Shown: piece by piece, positions 58,866 to 64,000 of the stretch
Layout of the letters: the number at the start of each line of letters is the position of its first letter
Position numbering within the stretch: the first letter of the stretch is position 1
Source: a candidate division WOR-3 bacterium
Lineage (GTDB): Bacteria > Hydrothermota > Hydrothermia > LBFQ01
Direction: 5' to 3'
Assembly: GCA_027050205.1 (NCBI GenBank)
Contig: JALUCS010000126.1
Location: 8,506 to 72,505 of the forward strand
Length of the DNA stretch: 64,000 bases
Notes under the pieces: model-generated
What the model was told of the DNA's origin: nothing
What the model saw: the letters and a program-made list of their open reading frames with translations, nothing else
Databases searched by the model: none
Program-made: the position numbers and the translations under genes

Positions 58866-59906
58866 TTAAAGGTCAAAATGAAGTTTCAACCTCCGATAGA
58901 GATCCTCGGGGTGCGGGTACGTCCGGACGTAGCGGGCTATCTCCACCCGGAGGAGGCTCTTGGGCTTGTCATCAACCCTCCGCATCACCGTCTCAACTAT
59001 CCGGGCGATCTCCTCCTTCGTACGTCTCGCCTCATCAAGGGCGTCAGCAAGGCGCATTACCTCAAGCTTGTGAGGATACACACCCCTACCCGTACTCCGC
59101 AGACCTACGAATACTCCCCTACCCTTGTACCTGACGTATAGGGCGAAGGGTTTCCCGACGCTCCTTACGGTCTCCCAGGGGTACTCCTCAAGGAGGTTGA
59201 GGAGGTTATCCGTCTCCCTCTTCAACGCTGGGAAGAGCCGCAGGAGGTTGGGGCCGTACTCCGTCTCCCCTACAAACTCCCTCCCCCTAAGCGCCCCATA
59301 GACCACGGCAACGTGAGGGAAGAACAGGATGTAGTGGCCCGTTAAGCCGATGGATACCACCTGATGATGGACATCTACGAGGAAATCCTCCTCGGCCGGC
59401 TCGTCCATAAAGGAGACCGAAAGGACACCCATCGCCTTCAACTCCGGTAGGAGCGACAGGGTATCCACACCCCCGCCCTTGAGGTTCAAGGTAGGCTCCT
59501 CGCCGGTACCGAAGAGTTTCCGGACCGATTCCCTGTTCAACTCCTCTACGTGGATCGTGAAGTCCCAATCGTTCCGCCTTATGGCACTTACGACATCCTC
59601 AAGGACCCTCTGGCTGTACCTCTCAAGGTGGCGGAAAAGGGCCTTACCGTACTTGCGGTGGGCCAGGGCTACGATATTCTCCTTAGCACTCTTCACCTCC
59701 TCCTCGCTTAAAAGTTTCTCGTACCAAGGCTCGCTGACCACGAAGGAATGGGCCATTATCGGAAGTCCCCTTACGAAGTAAAGCGTTAGAAGCGGATCGT
59801 CAAAGGGTTGCCGCCTCAACCGCAGCACAACAGATCTGCGGTTCTTTCGTATATTCCGCAAAATATCAATTAAATTATCAATTTTGCCTCTGATTATTCC
59901 CTTCAT
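58866..59906 (-). CDS. Hypothetical protein with a DUF4388/PATAN-like N-terminus
   Basis: G.I..LIDIL......RSVVLRL.......LYFVRG.PIMA pattern. Confidence 0.45.
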   Translation of the reverse strand: MKGIIRGKIDNLIDILRNIRKNRRSVVLRLRRQPFDDPLLTLYFVRGLPIMAHSFVVSEPWYEKLLSEEEVKSAKENIVALAHRKYGKALFRHLERYSQRVLEDVVSAIRRNDWDFTIHVEELNRESVRKLFGTGEEPTLNLKGGGVDTLSLLPELKAMGVLSVSFMDEPAEEDFLVDVHHQVVSIGLTGHYILFFPHVAVVYGALRGREFVGETEYGPNLLRLFPALKRETDNLLNLLEEYPWETVRSVGKPFALYVRYKGRGVFVGLRSTGRGVYPHKLEVMRLADALDEARRTKEEIARIVETVMRRVDDKPKSLLRVEIARYVRTYPHPEDLYRRLKLHFDL

Positions 59907-60401
59907 AGAAAAACTATTCTAAGGCTGTTCAAAAATCTCCGTCCCTGTGGGAATCGTACTATTTTTACACATTTACCAATTATATATGGAAATTTACAGA
60001 AATATAATTCATAATTTCACCAAAATATTGGATACAATTAGCGCTACACTGAAATTATTAAACACTTTTGGTGCGGTGAAGGTTTGAAAGGGGGAATGAA
60101 ATAAAACACAAATGAAGTTTAAAATGTACCAATAAAGCGTAAAAATTCCAAGAAATATGCGACTTAATACGTTTAAAGTCCAAGATACCTTATTTTTCTT
60201 ATGAAGCTACTCTTAAATAACAATGCGAAAATCCTGCAATCAAAATAGCTATAAAAATACAGCTGAATTTGTGAAATATAATACATAACTCCTTAAAAAA
60301 TTGAAAAATATGCACAAGAAACAAAAACGCCAGGAACACGCCGCCGATTGACCTTCGGCAACCCTACACACCGGAGCAGTTCCGGGATAGAATAACCCTC
60401 T

Positions 60402-62741
60402 ATGCTCTTAATTTTCCTAAGTCAGGCCCAGGGGGGAACGGCCGATACTACTACCACCCCGAAGGCGGTCTATATAGGCCAGATACAGTTCATAGGCGTC
60501 AAGTGGACGAACCATCAGGTCCTGCGCAACGCCGTAAAGCTGACGGAGGGGCAGAGGATAACGGGGATGGACTTCAAGGACGTCCTCAACAGGCTGTGGG
60601 ACCTCGGCATATTTGACGACATCAAAGCCCTCGGAATGCTCCACGGCGACACCCTTGACCTCCTCTTTGACCTCAAGGAGGCCCCGCGGATAAGGAAGAT
60701 AAAGATAGAGGGGGCGAAGAAGGTCAAGGGGAAGGTCTTCACCGACACCCTCCGCAAACTCTTCAAGAACAAGGCGGCTACCGAGAGGAACCTCTTCAAG
60801 ATGAAGAAGCTGATAGAGAGAATATACCACCAGAAGGGGTACCTACAGGTGCAGGTTGAGTACGAGGTGAGCAAACCCAACAAGAAGGGCGAGGTTGAGG
60901 TGAAGTTCAAGGTGAAGGAGGGGGAGAAGTTTAAGGTGGGGTTCATAGACTTCAAGGGGAACAAGACTTACTCCGACCGTACCCTAAGCCGGGTCATACA
61001 CACCAAACCCTACCGCTGGTGGATGAGGCTCACGAACTGGTACGTCTTTGACGAGGACAAGTGGAAGGAGGACCTGCGCCGCATAGAGGACTTCTACCAC
61101 AACCACGGCTTCCCCGACGCACGGGTAGACTCCTTCAGGACCTACAGCATGGAGAAGGGCTTTATGGGGATAGTGGTCTTCTTGAGCGAGGGGAAGGAGT
61201 ACAAATTCGGGAAGTTCCAGTTTGAGGGGAACAGGGTCTTCGGCGACACCCTCCTCGCCCAGCGGGTTGAGAAGGTAAAAAAAAAGTTCAACCCCTTTGA
61301 CTGGATAAAGTACCGCCTCTGGTACCAGGCCCCCCACGCCCTCAACCCGGACCTATACTCCGCCGAGAAGTACAGCCTGATGAAGCAGGAGGTCCTCGGC
61401 CTCTACGCCGATTCGGGATACATATACACCCGCATAGACGATCACCCCGAGAGGCGGGACGGACGCATAGACTTCCGCTGGGACATAACCGAGAACTGGA
61501 GGGTTAAGGTGCGCCTCGTCAACATCTACGGGAACACCCGCACCTACGACCGCGTCATAAGGAGGGAGTTCTGGATGTTTCCGGGGGAGTACTTCTCCCG
61601 CGCCAAACTCATAAGGAGCGTCAGGAACCTCTACTTCTTGAACTACTTTGAGGGGGTACAGCCGGACTTCTCCCCCGTCCCCGACGACTCCCTGTGGATA
61701 GACTTAAACGTGCGGGTCACGGAGAGGCCGACCGGACAGATAAGCGCCGGCGTGAGCTACAGCCAGTTGGAGGGCCTCTTCGGGAACCTCTCCTTCCAGC
61801 AGCCCAACTTCCTCGGAAGGGGTCAGTCCATAGCCATCGTGCTGGAGTACGGGAGCTGGAGGAAGAACTTCCGCCTGTCCTTCACCGAGCCGTGGTTCGG
61901 GGGCGAGCCTACGAGCGTGGGGGCCAGCCTCTACTACCTCACGGGGTACTACTTTGACTACTGGCAGAACAACGTCGGCGTCCAGTTCAACCTTGGCAGG
62001 CGGATCTTCGGGACCTACTGGGGAATAAACGGCTTCTACAAGTTTGAGAGGATAAGGCTCTACGACATTAACCCCAAGTACGCCGGCCAGCCCTTCTACG
62101 ACTACTGGCAGAACAAGAAGGGGGGCCTTTATATGAGTACCATCTCCGGGACGGTCTATTACGACTCAAGGGACAGGGTATTCAACGCTATGAACGGCTA
62201 CAGGGTGTCCTACGAGCTGGATCTGGTGGGTGGCCCTATGGGTGGGGACGTGAGCTTCACCAGACACTTCCCGGAGGTTCAGGCCTTCAAGCCCCTCCCC
62301 TTCTTCGGTGGGGACAAGCTCATAAACGCCTTCAGGGTGAGGGGTGGCCTTTTAACGGGTTTGACGACGGACAAGGACATACCCTTCTTTGAGTACTTCC
62401 TCCTCGGGGACGTGGGTTTCTACGGCCTTAGGGGGTACAACCTCCGGAGCGTCGGCACCCATGTAGGGGGCAGCGTTATAGGGGGTAAGGTGTTTGCCGT
62501 ACTCACGTACGAGTTCCGCATAAGGCCGAGCGAGAACTTCTATCTGCTCGCCTTCGCCGAGGCGGGGAACGCCTGGTGGGAGCCGAGGACGGTCAATCTG
62601 AGAGATCTGAAGCGTAGCGCCGGCGTGGGATTCCGCGCCCAAATCCCCATGCTCGGAATAATGGGGATAGACCTCGGATACGGCTTTGACGACCCCTCCC
62701 ACCGCTGGGTCCCCCACTTCCAGATAGGGGCTACCTTCTAA
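60402..62741 (+). CDS. bamA: Outer membrane protein assembly factor BamA
   Basis: POTRA repeats (GN.RT.DRVIRRE, E.PTGQISAG), NFLGRGQ, FTEPW, LRGY, terminal F. Confidence 0.95.
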   Translation: MLLIFLSQAQGGTADTTTTPKAVYIGQIQFIGVKWTNHQVLRNAVKLTEGQRITGMDFKDVLNRLWDLGIFDDIKALGMLHGDTLDLLFDLKEAPRIRKIKIEGAKKVKGKVFTDTLRKLFKNKAATERNLFKMKKLIERIYHQKGYLQVQVEYEVSKPNKKGEVEVKFKVKEGEKFKVGFIDFKGNKTYSDRTLSRVIHTKPYRWWMRLTNWYVFDEDKWKEDLRRIEDFYHNHGFPDARVDSFRTYSMEKGFMGIVVFLSEGKEYKFGKFQFEGNRVFGDTLLAQRVEKVKKKFNPFDWIKYRLWYQAPHALNPDLYSAEKYSLMKQEVLGLYADSGYIYTRIDDHPERRDGRIDFRWDITENWRVKVRLVNIYGNTRTYDRVIRREFWMFPGEYFSRAKLIRSVRNLYFLNYFEGVQPDFSPVPDDSLWIDLNVRVTERPTGQISAGVSYSQLEGLFGNLSFQQPNFLGRGQSIAIVLEYGSWRKNFRLSFTEPWFGGEPTSVGASLYYLTGYYFDYWQNNVGVQFNLGRRIFGTYWGINGFYKFERIRLYDINPKYAGQPFYDYWQNKKGGLYMSTISGTVYYDSRDRVFNAMNGYRVSYELDLVGGPMGGDVSFTRHFPEVQAFKPLPFFGGDKLINAFRVRGGLLTGLTTDKDIPFFEYFLLGDVGFYGLRGYNLRSVGTHVGGSVIGGKVFAVLTYEFRIRPSENFYLLAFAEAGNAWWEPRTVNLRDLKRSAGVGFRAQIPMLGIMGIDLGYGFDDPSHRWVPHFQIGATF

Positions 62742-62742
62742 A

Positions 62743-63183
62743 TCACCTCCCCTTCAGGGCGTCCCTTATCTCCCGCAGGAGCTTTATCTCCTCCGGAGGC
62801 TCCGGGGGAGCGGCGGGGGCCTCGGCCTCCTTCTTCCGGTTCAGGGCGTTCATACCCTTTATCACCAGGAATATGGCGAAGGCTATAATGAGGAAGTTTA
62901 CGATGTCGTTTATCCACTGACCGTAGGCGAGGACCGTAGCCCCGGCCTCCTGCGCCGCCTTCAGGGTGGGATAGGGACCCGGCTTCGTCCCCTCCTTCAG
63001 GAGGATGAAGAGGTTGGAGAAGTCCGTACCGCCCAGGAGGAGGCCTATGGGGGGCATCAGGACGTTCTGGACGAAGGACTTGACGACCGTACCGAAGGCG
63101 GCCCCTATCACTATGCCCACGGCCATATCCACGACGTTCCCTCGCTGTACGAAATCTTTGAACTCCTTGATGAAAGACCTCAT
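62743..63183 (-). CDS. mscL: Large-conductance mechanosensitive channel
   Basis: [25 protein letters not shown]...NFLIIAF...LLREIRDAL. Confidence 0.97.
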   Translation of the reverse strand: MRSFIKEFKDFVQRGNVVDMAVGIVIGAAFGTVVKSFVQNVLMPPIGLLLGGTDFSNLFILLKEGTKPGPYPTLKAAQEAGATVLAYGQWINDIVNFLIIAFAIFLVIKGMNALNRKKEAEAPAAPPEPPEEIKLLREIRDALKGR

Positions 63184-63898
63184 AATCGCCTATTATACGC
63201 TTGTGATATAAGTGTGCAAGTATTTAAATTATACGTATCTCCAAAAATTTTCAGGATAAATTAAAAAATTTTTAGAATATACCATATTTGCGTTAAAAAT
63301 TTGAAATATACCACACATTACACGGAGATACGAAACCTCAACCTGCAGGTCATACGTACCCTCCGGCGAGTTGTTTCACCTTTCAGCGTATTCTTGTAAA
63401 AGTGCAACACCAATATATACACATTTAACGATGAAAATTTGAGGCAACGAGAGGCGTCGGGGCGGAGGTATGAGTCGCCTCGTTCAGTTTCAAGGTTGTT
63501 TCAAGGTTTATGAAGAGTGGTTATTTTTATATTTAAAACTTATTTCAGAAAACTTTAGCAATAATTTACAAAATTCATCGTACTCCTAAAAAACGGCTCA
63601 TCTACTGCCGACATCTCGCCCCCGTAGTGATGCGGAGGCTAACTTCGGGAAACAGGGAAAAAACGTCAAAGAAATTTCTAATTTTTTGTTAAAAATTTAA
63701 ATATCCCACATACAGGACTTTAAGCCGTACCGAACCCACGGGATGAGGCTCTTATGTGCGTAAAATTTTTACCAAATTATATCCGATTCTCTTGTGCAAA
63801 ATCTTTTACTCCAACCTCTACGCCCTTCCCATCCCTACCATTTTAAGCCAAAGGGTACAGTTGAGCGTATCCCACTTTCCACGGTATAATACGGTCTC

Positions 63899-64000
63899 AT
63901 GTGGAGAAGAATAGCAGTTGCAGGGGTGCTGATGGCGGGGGTGGTGGGACAGGTGAAGGCTGACGCCAACAGGGCCGGGGCCGTCGTACTTACCATTTAC
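63899..64000 (+). CDS. N-terminus of an exported protein, possibly PorV/PorQ family (partial)
   Basis: MWRRIAVAGVLMAGVVGQVKADANRAGAVVLTIY...; TATAAT at 63885-63890. Confidence 0.45.
   Translation, partial: MWRRIAVAGVLMAGVVGQVKADANRAGAVVLTIY

Noticed and set aside
63445..63485. Imperfect hairpin AACGAGAGGCG...CGCCTCGTT as an ncRNA or riboswitch
   Set aside because: No family motif that I can recognise; an Rfam/Infernal search would be needed.

Overview
GC-rich chromosomal window from a diderm, probably thermophilic bacterium. Supporting signs are BamA, an LptA-like gene, MlaD, a LeuT-like transporter, FBP aldolase/phosphatase, PGI/PMI, and heavy AGG/ATA codon use. T9SS-like C-terminal domains and PorV-like barrels suggest an FCB-related lineage such as WOR-3 (inference only). 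Most genes are housekeeping or envelope genes (ppdK, hppA, holB, rfbD, tal, hbd, fbp, mtnP, V-ATPase D, bamA, mscL, tRNA-Ala). An AT-rich defence island (~22.9-32.1 kb) carries hsdR and hsdS but no hsdM, plus a DarT-macrodomain fusion, DUF3800, MNT-HEPN, PIN and GIY-YIG-like genes. The most notable signals lie outside ordinary gene calls. (1) A convincing XerCD dif site at 8596-8623 with a KOPS-like polarity switch, so this is probably the replication terminus. (2) A 24-bp palindrome I do not recognise, ATTGYTC-N10-GARCAAT, with about a dozen copies clustered around dif, many inside coding sequence. (3) Many exported or outer-membrane proteins, including BamA, begin with an ultra-short (~6-9 aa) uncharged hydrophobic N-terminus instead of a normal signal peptide. 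(4) Nearly every transcription unit has a TANAAT -10 box only 5-12 nt before the start codon (leaderless or near-leaderless). (5) TCGA is strongly avoided. All calls come from reading the sequence by eye; no searches were run.
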